A program made the position numbers and the translations under genes. A DNA stretch of 63,229 bases, counting the filler, from Octopus bimaculoides (lineage: Eukaryota), in assembly GCF_001194135.2 (NCBI RefSeq). It is 7 parts of 6 records of this genome, joined end to end, with 100 filler letters (N's around TTAATTAATTAA, not from the genome) between each part and the next. Parts side by side here need not be neighbours in the genome. Positions count along the whole stretch, not along the records: positions 1 to 14,708 come from NC_068988.1; 6 more parts are not named here. One strand, given 5' to 3'. The notes under the pieces were generated by a model. That model was not told the origin of the DNA. It saw nothing but the letters and a program-made list of their open reading frames with translations, and did no database searches. Shown here one piece after another: positions 1 to 13,394 of this stretch. Position 1 is the first letter of the stretch, and each line of letters begins with the position of its first letter.

Positions 1-170
1 CCACCACCACCACCACCTCCACCTCCACCTCCACCACCACCATCACCACCACCGTCTCCATCATCATCAGCATCATCATCATCACCATCATCATCATCGT
101 CGTCGTCGTCGTCGTCGTCGTCGTCATCATCATCATCATCATCAACATCAACAACAACAACAACAACAGC
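1..170. repeat. Compound trinucleotide microsatellite (CAC/CAT/CGT/CAA)
   Basis: Direct reading of successive triplet tracts. Confidence 0.95.
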
Positions 171-1195
171 AAAACAAATAGTAAATAACTAGACTTTTGA
201 AAGCTAAACTGAATCTTGGTGTTGTTGACGACATTATCAATACGACTTCAATTTAATATCTTAAAATTTATTCCTATCCTTCATTTTATTTCCTTTATTC
301 TTTTTGTTCTTATTCTTCTTTGCTCCCTATATGTCTTTCTCATAAATTCTTTATACCGCTTACGTATGAATCTGATCGGTCTCTCATTTTCATACACAAA
401 TACACTCTACTGTACATACATACATACGTGTACACACATTTCTCTTTTCCATTTGCTTCCCCTCTCACTCCACCTTTAAAATTTTAAATGCTTTCTCTCT
501 TCTCGCTCTATGTTTCTATGTCTTCTCCTTTCTCTACTAGAATTTTTGTTATACCAACATTCATCCTCTCCTTTTCCATTCTGTTTACTCTGCCGTTTAA
601 TGCCATTATAATTAAATGTTATTTACATGAGATTGTATAACGTCCATTGAGATATAATTTGGAAATTAGAACATAAAGACAGCTGATTACTGCCAAAAAG
701 TATAGTACATAGTTCTCATGTTACCATTCCTCACCTTCTCCAAGACCAGGGAAATCGCGCTGAAGATAAACCAAATATTATATTATATTTTGGCACTTTT
801 ATGATTCTTTATCGACGAAGCGAGGCAAAAATCTATGTGTTCTATATATATATATATATATGTGTATATATNNNNNNNNNNNNNNNNNNNNNNNNNNNNN
901 NNNNNNNNNNNNNNNNNNNNNNNNNNNNNNNNNNNNNNNNNNNNNNNNNNNNNNNNNNNNNNNNNNNNNNNNNNNNNNNNNNNNNNNNNNNNNNNNNNNN
1001 NNNNNNNNNNNNNNNNNNNNNNNNNNNNNNNNNNNNNNNNNNNNNNNNNNNNNNNNNNNNNNNNNNNNNNNNNNNNNNNNNNNNNNNNNNNNNNNNNNNN
1101 NNNNNNNNNNNNNNNNNNNNNNNNNNNNNNNNNNNNNNNNNNNNNNNNNNNNNNNNNNNNNNNNNNNNNNNNNNNNNNNNNNNNNNNNNNNNNNN

Positions 1196-1251
<56 letters not shown>

Positions 1252-1974
1252 GGAGAGAGAGAAACAGAAAGAGAGAGAAAGAGAGACATAGAGAGATTGA
1301 GAAGAAGAGAAATGAGGATACATACACACATACATAGATATATATATATATATTTATAATATGCATATCTTTATGTATGTATATATACACATGTATATGC
1401 ATATATATATGCATATATATACATGTACATATATATAATATACACATATTTACAAGCATACCACACTAACTCACTCATACATGTGCATAGATATGTGTGT
1501 GCATGTGCGTATTATGTATGTACATGCGCATAGCTTTACAAATAAATAAAGGTGAACAATGATTTACCGTTATTTTGCAGGAATTTATATGATATAGTTA
1601 AACTGGGAAACATTTATTTAAACTGATAAAATATTGGTGGAAATTCTCAGCAGTTTGAAGCAATGGTATGCAGTCACACTGCCAGACGATACTCACGCTT
1701 GCATCTTCAGCTGTTGTTTTAAATGTTACATATTGTCAGATGGAACAGAGAAATCAATGATCTATGCATTCCCTTCGCCTTCCGGTAGGGGGAGTTTGCT
1801 GAAAGTTGGTTAGGTTCAGGGGCGACGAGATCATTGTAAAAATGAAAGAGAATCTTAGAAGTCAACAGATTCGGGAAAGTAAGCTTGTAAGTGCTTGATG
1901 TGCTGTGTGTGGAATTTAGTAGGGATGACGTGACTGTAGAGATATGTTGAAGAATGTATGGTAGGTTACTTGAA

Positions 1975-2755
1975 CTGAGATACTACGAATCACGCTGATT
2001 CAAAGAAATACTAGAATCTATATACTACAAAATCACGGATTCTACTAGTTCAAAGAGGTACCACAGATATTTATAGTTTAAAGAGATAATACAAATTTGT
2101 TCAATGAGGTACTATAGTGTATATTGGTGCTAAAAGATACTGTAAAAGTACTGGTTTTATGAAGCACTACAACACTTTCAAGTTAAAAGAGGTACCATAT
2201 AGCGTTTACTAGTTTAAAGAAGTACCACAAACTTTACTTGTTCAAAGAGATACTACAGTGTTTACTAATTCAAAGAGGTACTACAATATCTCAAAGTTTA
2301 AAGACGTACCACAGCGTGTATTTGTTCAAAGAAGTACTGCAGAGTATACTAGTGTAAAGAGATTTGGCAAACATTTCTAGTTCAAATAGGTACTACAGAG
2401 TCTAGTAGTTCAAAGAGATACAACTATAATTAATTCGAAGGTGTACTTCAAAATTTATTTGTTCGAAAAAGTACCACGGATCTGCAAAGATGTACCACAG
2501 AGCTTACTAATTCAATGAGGTGATACAAATTAGTATTAGTTCAAAGAGGTACTATAGAGTATATTTGTACAAAGAGATATAACAAAAGTTACCAATTCAA
2601 AAAAGTACTACAACACTTACAAATTCAAATAGGTACTGCAAATCTTTCAAGTTCGAAGAGCATACTAGTTCATATACGTTGTACAAATTTTACGTGTTCA
2701 AAGAAAAAATTGTATTGGAAAGAGGTACCACAAACTTCACTTGTTCAAAGCGATA
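1975..2755. repeat. Diverged 28-bp minisatellite, consensus approx. GTTCAAAGAGGTACTACAGAGTTTACTA
   Basis: TT(C/T)AAAGA core recurs at 2241, 2269, 2297 and 2325 (period 28); a further unit follows the SINE at about 3328-3355. Confidence 0.9.
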
Positions 2756-2766
2756 TTAGAATACAT

Positions 2767-3320
2767 AGGCGCAGAAGTGGCTGTGTGGTAAGTAGCTTGC
2801 TTACCAGCCACATGGTTCCGGGTTCATTCCCGCCGCGGGGCACTTTGGGCAAGTTTCTTCTACTATAGCCTCGGGCCGACCAAAGCCTTGTGAGTGGATT
2901 TGGTAGGCAGAAACTGAAAGAAGCCTGTCGTATATATGTATGTATATGTATATATATATATATATNNNNNNNNNNNNNNNNNNNNNNNNNNNNNNGGGCA
3001 CTTTGGGCAAGTTTCTTCTACTATAGCCTCGGGCCGACCAAAGCCTTGTGAGTGGATTTGGTAGGCAGAAACTGAAAGAAGCCTGTCGTATATATGTATG
3101 TGTGTGTATGTGTTTGTGTGTCTGTGTTTGTCCCTCCAACATCACTTGACAATCGATGGTGGTGTGTTTACGTCCCCGTAACTTTGCGGTTCGGCAAAAG
3201 AGACCGATAGAATAAATACTAGGCATCCAAAGAATAAGTCCTGGGGTCGATTTACTCGACTAAAGGTGGTGCTCCAGCATGGCCGCAGTGAAATGACTGA
3301 AACAAGTAAAAGAGTAAAAG
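2767..3320 (+). mobile_element. tRNA-derived SINE family A (CORE-like, octopus-type), full length, inserted in the minisatellite
   Basis: Head GGCGCAGAAGTGGCTGTGTGGTAAG...GGTTCATTCCC, CORE-like CTTTGGGCAAGTTTCTTC, internal (TA/TG)n, 3' tail GACTGAAACAAGTAAAAGAGTAAAAG; many other copies in the window. Confidence 0.85.
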
Positions 3321-3787
3321 TGTGAGTGTAAAAAGATACTACAGAGCTTTCTAGTTATAAGGCTATTAAACATGTTGAACTTTGTCTGCAGGACGGAGGC
3401 TCTACATTTGGACACGCTTAAATATCGTTGCATGTATAGTAGTCGCCATTTTTATTCCTGTACATGAACAATTTGTATGACTATACATGAGTCTATACAT
3501 TCATATGCGAAATTTCTAGAATGTTTTAAATATTTTCACAATGCCCATAATAGTTTGTAGCCGTAATTTACCAAATTACACTTGATCTTCCTGGTTTGTA
3601 AGGTGCAGCCTCACAAGACTGGAGTTGCGACAGTAAATTATGTAACCAAGTATCCAATATAAATTACGATTCTAGATATACGTAAATCTAAAGTTATAGC
3701 CTGGAAACCATAACCACGTACAAACATGAGCATATGCATGTAGGTATGTTATTACGTATATATGTGTGCGTATGCAGTTTTGAATAT

Positions 3788-3819
<32 letters not shown>

Positions 3820-4127
3820 GTGAGTGTGAGTGTGTGTATGTTTGCATCGTCTGTGTGAATGCATTTATGTATATTGATGCGTACGTGAGGTCGTTAGGTT
3901 TGGGATTTTAATTATTTAAATGTATATATTTTGTGATGATATCAATCATTATCAAAATGATTAATTCCGCTAAAAAATTTTTAAAAGGCAGGGAGACAAC
4001 TTCGAAATACTCGTGTGCTCTTGCTGCACAGTAATTTAAAGGTAAAGTTAGTGCTACATATTAGATGTAGAAAGGCGAGAATTTTTAATTAATTTATTAG
4101 CATTCTCCATGGCTTGTATATACGCAC

Positions 4128-4158
<31 letters not shown>

Positions 4159-5677
4159 TGTATGTATGTATGTATGTATGTATGCATGTATGCATGTATG
4201 TATGTATGTATTATGTAAGTATGCATGTATGTAGATCGGTAGATAGGTAGCTATGTAAATAGTTGGATAGCAAACTAGATAGGTAGATAGACAGATAAGT
4301 AGAAACAGATAAATATGTATGTGTGTATATAAGTAGATAGGTACATAGATAAGAAGATGGATAGAGAGATAAAAATAGTTCTAGATACAGATGTCGATCT
4401 ATAAATAATCATGCATACATAATTATATGTGTGTTTGTATATGTCTATCTATGGACATACCAATACATATATACATACATAATACATACATTAATGTGTG
4501 TGTATGTATACATATAATGAAAAAATTAGTGATATAGATATTCACTTCATACAGCTCAACCGATACTTATATATATGTGTAGATATACCTAAGATTACAA
4601 TCAACTATATTTATATGCGTGTGTATGTGTGCTAGTGTGTATGTGTGCTAGTGTGTATGTGAGTTCGTATGTATGTGTGTGGAACCTTATTTGTTTTAGC
4701 CTATTGTATTATAGTTTTACCATGCATATGTACTGCACACACTGTATACGCCAGTATATTCACTTACACAGCTAACACCCAAGGGGATGTTTTGCACATT
4801 TATAGCATCTCATATTCCCCTTCCCACATAATACAGGGTGATGCTTGTTTAGTCTTGAGGAAGAAACTAATGTGAAATATGTATTAGCTCCTAATGTTTA
4901 GCAAGGGAAGAATTTAAATTATTTTGCATGAATGACTAGACATTAAATTGTAACGATTCTAGGTTCGAGCCCATTAGATATAATTAGTTTAATACATAAT
5001 GGTAACGTAATATGACATTAAAAGTATTGTAAAGCGTAGGAAATTTCCCAGTTGAAGTGTACATTCTTCATTGCCCAAATTGATATTTATTCAAAGCAAC
5101 TTTTTCTTCAATTGCAAGATAGTCATTATAATAATAACGGCTTCATTACAGGCGAAATCATACATATCTATAGGTTGTGATATTCATTGGTCTGTATACA
5201 TATCTACATGCATGTGTATGTATGTATGTATGTATGTATGTATGTGTGCATGTGTGTATGTATGTATGTATGTATGTATGTATGCGTGTATATATGCATG
5301 TATGCATGTATGTATGTGTGTATGTATGTATATATGTATGTACGTATGTATGTATTTATGTATATTTATGTATGTATGTATGTATGTATGTATGCATATA
5401 TATATATANNNNNNNNNNNNNNNNNNNNNNNNNNNNNNNNNNNNNNNNNNNNNNNNNNNNNNNNNNNNNNNNNNNNNNNNNNNNNNNNNNNNNNNNNNNN
5501 NNNNNNNNNNNNNNNNNNNNNNNNNNNNNNNNNNNNNNNNNNNNNNNNNNNNNNNNNNNNNNNNNNNNNNNNNNNNNNNNNNNNNNNNNNNNNNNNNNNN
5601 NNNNNNNNNNNNNNNNNNNNNNNNNNNNNNNNNNNNNNNNNNNNNNNNNNNNNNNNNNNNNNNNNNNNNNNNNNNNN

Positions 5678-5720
<43 letters not shown>

Positions 5721-6417
5721 AAATATATAAGTATATGTATATATACGTATAGGTATATATCTTTATATCATATATATATATGTACATATATATAGTGTAT
5801 ATATACATGATATTTATTTAGATATATATATATATATATATACCCATATGTGTGTGTAAATATGTATACAAAGTGAATGAGAAAGGCAGAGAGAGAGAGG
5901 GGAGAGGGAGAGAGAGAGGGGAGAGAGGGAGGGAGAGGGAGAGGGAGAGAGAGGGGGAGAGGGAGAGAGGGACATACAGACAAGCAGACGGACAGACTAA
6001 TTGATAGATACATGGGTAGGCAGTTAGATAGAAAACAGAGTACACCAGTAAATCGTAGAGGAGACAACGAAATAATATATAAAGGTGGATAAATAAAACA
6101 CATACAAAAGCGAGCGAGAAATATGAAATGAAACAATTAGAATAAAAGATGCGCAATGGAAATAGACATATCAAATTAAAGGAATTGGAAAGTATCTAAT
6201 GTTTCGGGTTACTGGGTTACATGCTTTGTCATAGAGAATGAAAGAAACCAGCGGCTTGGAAAAATATAGAGGCACGGTATCAGTACATACATACATGCAT
6301 ACATACATACATACATACATACATACATACGTACATACATACATACATACATACAGACATACGTACATAGACATATATTCATACATACATAAATACATAC
6401 AAGCATGCATCTTTAAT

Positions 6418-6465
6418 GTGTTTCAGTCATTAGACTGGGGCCATGCTGGTACACCGCCTTGAAGA
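6418..6465 (-). mobile_element. SINE A 3' fragment
   Basis: TGTTTCAGTCATTAGACTGGGGCCATGCTGG is the reverse complement of the family A tail. Confidence 0.7.
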
Positions 6466-7409
6466 ACTTTTNNNNNNNNNNNNNNNNNNNNNNNNNNNNN
6501 NNNNNNNNNNNNNNNNNNNNNNNNNNNNNNNNNNNNNNNNNNNNNNNNNNNNNNNNNNNNNNNNNNNNNNNNNNNNNNNNNNNNNNNNNNNNNNNNNNNN
6601 NNNNNNNNNNNNNNNNNNNNNNNNNNNNNNNNNNNNNNNNNNNNNNNNNNNNNNNNNNNNNNNNNNNNNNNNNNNNNNNNNNNNNNNNNNNNNNNNNNNN
6701 NNNNNNNNNNNNNNNNNNNNNNNNNNNNNNNNNNNNNNNNNNNNNNNNNNNNNNNNNNNNNNNNNNNNNNNNNNNNNNNNNNNNNNNNNNNNNNNNNNNN
6801 NNNNNNNNNNNNNNNNNNNNNNNNNNNNNNNNNNNNNNNNNNNNNNNNNNNNNNNNNNNNNNNNNNNNNNNNNNNNNNNNNNNNNNNNNNNNNNNNNNNN
6901 NNNNNNNNNNNNNNNNNNNNNNNNNNNNNNNNNNNNNNNNNNNNNNNNNNNNNNNNNNNNNNNNNNNNNNNNNNNNNNNNNNNNNNNNNNNNNNNNNNNN
7001 NNNNNNNNNNNNNNNNNNNNNNNNNNNNNNNNNNNNNNNNNNNNNNNNNNNNNNNNNNNNNNNNNNNNNNNNNNNNNNNNNNNNNNNNNNNNNNNNNNNN
7101 NNNNNNNNNNNNNNNNNNNNNNNNNNNNNNNNNNNNNNNNNNNNNNNNNNNNNNNNNNNNNNNNNNNNNNNNNNNNNNNNNNNNNNNNNNNNNNNNNNNN
7201 NNNNNNNNNNNNNNNNNNNNNNNNNNNNNNNNNNNNNNNNNNNNNNNNNNNNNNNNNNNNNNNNNNNNNNNNNNNNNNNNNNNNNNNNNNNNNNNNNNNN
7301 NNNNNNNNNNNNNNNNNNNNNNNNNNNNNNNNNNNNNNNNNNNNNNNNNNNNNNNNNNNNNNNNNNNNNNNNNNNNNNNNNNNNNNNNNNNNNNNNNNNN
7401 NNNNNNNNN

Positions 7410-7440
<31 letters not shown>

Positions 7441-7896
7441 GTAATGTACTGTTCCGTGATAGATCAACAAAAAGAGTAGCATTTAGGCACAAGCAAAGTT
7501 TTGCATGTTTCAGCTGCTAAGAGGTAATTTCAATAACTTACGCAAATTTTAACTAACCTAACTTTACTCATGCCTAAACATTGCTTGGCGCTAATATTTC
7601 GGTAATTTCCGCGATCGAGCGATCCACCAGTGCAAATCAGTCAACAACGTTGACTGTATTTTCTATAAAGCTATCGCTTTATAAGATCTGTTCGGATTTG
7701 CCTCTCTATGGTACTTCTCATTGATAAAATCAATGAGCTAGAAACATCGAGGTCTGGGAATCCTGACAGATGGCAATACTGAATAAATAGGGTGTCGTCA
7801 CACCGTTTTACATTAAGAGAAATATCTTTTCTACGGTAACAACAGTGAATTCGCTTTGTAGTAGTTGAAATATGTTACAAACATATTTTAACTAAC

Positions 7897-7898
<2 letters not shown>

Positions 7899-7942
<44 letters not shown>

Positions 7943-7965
7943 CAACAACAACATCAAAAAATAAC

Positions 7966-8026
<61 letters not shown>

Positions 8027-8040
8027 GTTGTTGTTGTTTT
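7899..8040. repeat. (TAA)n/(CAA)n then (ATT)n microsatellites
   Basis: Direct reading. Confidence 0.95.
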
Positions 8041-8147
8041 TCTTCTTTCTTCAAATTTTCTTCCATTTCTCGTCGAGTGTTTTCCGTACACCTAGGGCAG
8101 AGAAGCTCATTGTATACATTTCCAGTTTACATACGCATATTCACAGG

Positions 8148-8228
8148 TGGAATCAAACTCGGAATCTTGGGGTTAAGAGCGCAGGCTACTAACCCCAAGA
8201 TTCCGAGTTCGATTCCAGGCAGTGACCT
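8148..8228 (+). repeat. tRNA-like repeat segment folded back into a 28-bp inverted repeat
   Basis: 8156-8175 and 8190-8209 are perfect reverse complements, extending to 8148/8217 with one mismatch; contains A-box-like GGTTAAGAGCG and B-box GAGTTCGATTCC; followed by (TAA)n. Confidence 0.85.
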
Positions 8229-8236
8229 TAATAATA

Positions 8237-8317
<81 letters not shown>

Positions 8318-8364
8318 GCAACAACAACAACATCGAAAAATATAGTGTTAGGAAGGAATAATAA

Positions 8365-8570
8365 TAGTTTCAAATTTTGGTATACGGTCGACAGTTTTGG
8401 GAAAGGGTTTAAGTCGACCTCAGTGCTTCACTGGTACTTAATTTATCGATCCCAAAAGGATGAAAGGTAAAGTAGACTTCGGTGGAATTTGAACTCAGAA
8501 CGTAAAGACGAACGAAAGGCAGCCAAGCATTTTGTGCGGCATGCTACCATTTTCTGCCAGTTCACCGACC
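8365..8570 (-). mobile_element. tRNA-derived SINE family B
   Basis: Reverse complement of family B (GAGCTGGCAGAA...GAGTTCAAATTCC...TCGATAAATTAAGTACCAG). Confidence 0.8.
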
Positions 8571-8621
<51 letters not shown>

Positions 8622-9208
8622 CAACAATATATACATACATACTTACCTACATACATATATGCATATACAATTTTTAATGCAAGTAGTTTTGCACATATAC
8701 ACACATACAAACAAACAACTAATGTCACCTTGCTTAATTCAATAAATTCGCTCTTGCTGTGCCTTTGGCAGATTCCGCACTGTTGAGCAGAACTCACACC
8801 AGGCTACTAGTACGGTGCTAAGACATCAATTGTTGCTTCTTTTTCCCCCATCGCTCAACATTTTCAGAAGCTCTGCAAAAAGTCATGGGCGCCACTCTTC
8901 ATCCTCTGACACAGACATGAATAATTAACGTCAAATAATTAATTACACTGTTTCAGGATGCCACCAAAGTTTGAGAATTGCAGCAAGCACAAGTTTGATC
9001 GATACACTCCTTGGCAAACATGGCAATTCAATACGGCAAACATGGCAAAGAAGATAAATATTTACAAACACTTGCATTATAATTTGACCGAAGCCTGTTA
9101 CAAACATACTAACGATACTATGACTCACACTTACAGAAACTGCGTCTTTATATTAGTTTTATTGTCAAAGGTAATACGAAGAAAAGGCATCTGTTTATAC
9201 GCGATCCA

Positions 9209-9640
9209 GTGGAGGCGCAATGGCCCAGTGGTTAGGGCAGCGGACTCGCGGTCATAGGATCGCGGTTTCGATTAACAAGACCGGGCGTTGTGAGTGTTTA
9301 TTGAGCGAAAACACCTAAAGCTCCACGAGGCTCCAGCAGGGGTTGGTGGCGAACTCTGCTGTACTCTTTCACCACAACTTTCTCTCACTCTTACTTCCTG
9401 TTTCTGTTGTGCCTGTAATTCAAAGGGTCAACATTGTCACAATGTGCCACGCTGAATATCCCCGAGAATTACGTTAAGGGTACACGTATCTGTGGAGTGC
9501 TCAGCCACCTGCACGTTAATTTCACGCGCAGGCTGTTCCGNNNNNNNNNNACCTGCACGTTAATTTCACGCGCAGGCTGTTCCGTTGATCGGATCAACTG
9601 GAACCCTCGACGTCGTAAGCGACGGAGTGCCAACAACAAA
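9209..9640 (+). mobile_element. tRNA-derived SINE family C, near full length
   Basis: A box TGGCCCAGTGG, B-box-like GGTTTCGATT, body matches the copy at 49841-50063, (CAA)n tail. Confidence 0.85.
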
Positions 9641-10489
9641 TACGCGATTCAATTCTAAGCCACATCTATTTTGTAAAGTGGCATAGATAAGTTACTGTCT
9701 TCTTTACTCTAGCCAAGATTAAATTTTGGAGTAAAGAGAGCCTGACAGGTTTTACCAAATTATGTCATTCAGTTGCTTTTTCTGAGAATATTTGGCTTTT
9801 TGTATGTTTTTGAATTTTCATTCATACATCTCCACTATTTCAAGAAAGTGGTAAGCGTAGTATAGATGATCTTCGTCTTCATCGTATTACAAATGTTGAT
9901 GATATTGGTGGTGTACTTGTCTGCATTACATGTGATACACCGGACATATTGCTCTAACGTCTATGTATCATATATGTCACTCATTCCCAATTTCTTTCAA
10001 CCATTAGAATGATTTAGGACTTACGAAAAGAAGACTTCTTATCATTGAGAACGAAAGAAACAAGGACAAAAGATTATCAAAAATAAAAAAAACAAACAAC
10101 CATGGACGTTTAGGTCAAACGTATTAAACTGATTTGTGTAAGCAAAGGGTTAATTGATAATTACAATAATAGCATGCATAAATAAATCACAAACTGACAG
10201 CCAGCCAGCCACATAGTCAGTTTGGCCTGTATAGTGAACCACTATATGTCCCCCAATAAATTTGCATTACCAGTTGACAGAAAGAATTTGCTATGAAATC
10301 GCTTTTCCTACAACAAGCATATATTGAACACACAATAAATATAATCATTAATGTATGCATTATTTTAAGCAACCACACATCAGTTCCACGTGCACACGTT
10401 AATATTTTTTGTGTGTTGGTTGCAAAATTTGTGTGTGGTCATGAAAACAGCTTAGACGTTTACAATGTGGGGGAGATGGTGATGTTGTT

Positions 10490-10790
10490 TGCTATGTAAG
10501 TAGTATTGGTGGTTGATTATGTGGTCGTTCAGTAGTTGTTAATACAGTAATCGTGTGGTAATGTTCGTGATGTTGTCGGTATTGAATATTTAGTTGCTGG
10601 TGGCATTGTGCCTCTGATGGTGACAACGGAGTCGGCTGTAGTAGTTTTGTGACTGTGTTGTTTCTGTTCGTTGTGTTCATGTCATAGTCGTCGTTTTTTA
10701 TCGATAGCGTTGGTTGTTGTACTAGCGATAGCTGTAGTGGTGTTGGTAAAAACGATATTAATAAGAACAACACAATGAACAATGTTTAAT
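10490..10790. repeat. Degenerate GTT/GGT/GAT low-complexity tract
   Basis: Direct reading. Confidence 0.7.
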
Positions 10791-12062
10791 GAGTTTCTTC
10801 AATATGCGAAAATGAACACAATTAATTAGAATACACAATAGATAGCATACATATCTATACGCAGTCGCTTTCTCGTACTCATATACGTACGGAAATACGC
10901 CTATACACGCACAAGGGTAACATATACACAAACATTAATTCAGCGACGTCGTACATTTCTATACATGCTCAAATAACTGCAACAAATTCAACAAGAAGAA
11001 AACACAACTTAGATACACTTTCAGACGATTTCATAAATATTTATTTATAAATATGCGTGTATATTTGCACTTGCACCGGCATACACACATAAACAAACGC
11101 ATATTAACATCCAAATGCAGGCGCATGCACGCAAACAGTCAAATATACACACATGCACATATTTATTTATGTATAATATGTATATCATTCTCTATGTATC
11201 ACTAACATGAAAGGAAATCAACTTCAAACTATAAATAATTTGCGGGTACACACACAGACATACAGACACACACACACACACACACACACACATATGTATG
11301 TATAGATGTACGTATGCATGTATGTATGCATGTATGTATGCATGTATGTATGCATGTATGTATTTCTACATATATGTCTATATGTAGGTATGTACATACA
11401 CACGATCACACACATATATATATGTGCGTATGTGAGTGTGTACATGTGTGTGTGTGTGAGTGTGTGATTGTTCGCGTGCCTGTATGAGAATTTGAGTGTC
11501 TATATAAATATCTACATAAGTGTAGGTGTGAGTTTGCGTATGAAGGTTAGAGATATTACTAAATTAGATGTAGGCTACAAAAGTAGACACATTGTATGAA
11601 AACCGATGTATAAATATACAATACTGTATGTATAATTAAAACAGTACAGAAGCATCCATATTTGATGAGGCTTGATATTGCATTCTTTTGTCTTATAATG
11701 AAGGAGACACAATTTAACAACGATCGGTTTCTACAGCAGATATAGAAACACACATAGATATACATATTACAAATGAACATAAACATGCATACTCATGATC
11801 ATACACTGGGAATGGTTTTGTTCCTCAGGCGACACAGGAACAAAAGATATGAATTAATAAACGATGAAAAGGTACCTTCTGTTGGACCGAATACTAATTT
11901 ATGAACGGTGTAAAAATGTTGAAAATAAGCAAGGAAAAACACCACCAAACAAACAAGAACGAAAGAAAGAAATAAAGAAGTAAACAAATGTTTATATGAA
12001 CATTATATACATAAAATTAAAACAAACCTTTCCTCACTCGTCCCTCTCTGTCTCTTTCTTTG

Positions 12063-12117
<55 letters not shown>

Positions 12118-12269
12118 CTCTCTCTCTCTCTCTACACGCACACTCTCGAGTACCTTCAAAGACCGGCCAGACAGTAAGACGCCAACAGTTTCCTGACCAG
12201 CCAAGCTGTCTAAGAAATTTTCCATCTTCATGTATCTGGTGTCACTGGAATGTTGATCTCACCCTGTGA

Positions 12270-12640
12270 CGCGCCTTGACCAATAGTAGCTCAGTTTCCG
12301 GCAGCCATTTTGGATTTCCTGTATACTTCCAATCAGTTATCTGTGCCTGACGAGCTAGGTTTCTGTAAGAAGCCTGTTAAACTTTGATTAGCTTGGGACC
12401 CAATGCAACTGTTTTATAGAATATTTGTAGCCCCTACTAAATGTGTCGAGTACCTCTTTCTTCCGTTTTCCTACTCACCCGTACACACACACACACACTT
12501 GTACGTAATTAGATATTTTCTTTCGCGGCTTTTCCCAGAGCTTAGTTCCCGAAAAAAAGAAATGGCTAAACTCTGCAGTAACTCTCGCGAAACAGGTCAC
12601 TGAACGCAGCGCAAAAAAACAAAGAAAAATGGTAAAAAAA
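12270..12640. promoter_or_regulatory. Candidate promoter-like region
   Basis: CCAAT at 12280 and 12329, YY1-like GCCATTTT at 12304, E2F-like TTTCGCGG at 12521 and TCTCGCGAAA at 12583; locally CpG-richer unique sequence. Motif-only evidence. Confidence 0.3.
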
Positions 12641-12964
12641 AAAACACAAAACGCACAAAGCACTTCACAATACGCATTCACAGACATATACACACATATA
12701 CCTTAACAGCTGTCTCCTCATACGTATTCATCAGAATTTCACGTTAACGTTTATCAGAGTGGATGAAGCTGTTTATCGAAAACTTCAAATTTGCACATCC
12801 AGGTGTAACGTATTAACTGTCATATTCATAAATAACACTGACTCCTAGGTAGTGGATGCTATTTTATCAGCATTTATGTAATCTATGTCTTGTCAGCATT
12901 TATGTATTCTATATGCACAAACGTAAAGGCATACAAACATACAAAGTGTACATGCTTGTGTATG

Positions 12965-13000
<36 letters not shown>

Positions 13001-13041
13001 TGTACGTGTGTATGTATGTATGTATGTATGTATGTATCTAC

Positions 13042-13095
<54 letters not shown>

Positions 13096-13120
13096 GTATG
13101 TCTGTCTATCTATCTATCTA

Positions 13121-13154
<34 letters not shown>

Positions 13155-13394
13155 CACAGACATACAGACGCACACGCACGCACACGCGATATTGATACAG
13201 CGACAAATGGACGGCTAAAAATACACATATTCGCATGTACATAGAATAACCGCCATGCATATTGGTTAAATATACGCGTATAGATACGTATATATATGTG
13301 TGTATATATGTGTCTGTGTGTGAGTGCATGTGTGTGTGTGTGTATGTATGTGTGAGTATAAATATATATATATTCTTGTATGCAAATACATATA

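Noticed and set aside
1975-2755. CRISPR-like repeat/spacer appearance
   Set aside because: Eukaryotic context, degenerate repeats, 'spacers' only about 14 nt and mutually similar, no cas genes: a minisatellite.
2820-3090. Duplicated SINE segment around a short gap (similarly 9510-9580 and 26000-26140)
   Set aside because: Near-identical sequence either side of small N runs indicates unmerged contig or haplotype overlap.
7514-7523. 10-nt micro-exon TTTCAG|CTGCTAAGAG|GTAATT
   Set aside because: Such short signals occur by chance; no supporting neighbouring exons.
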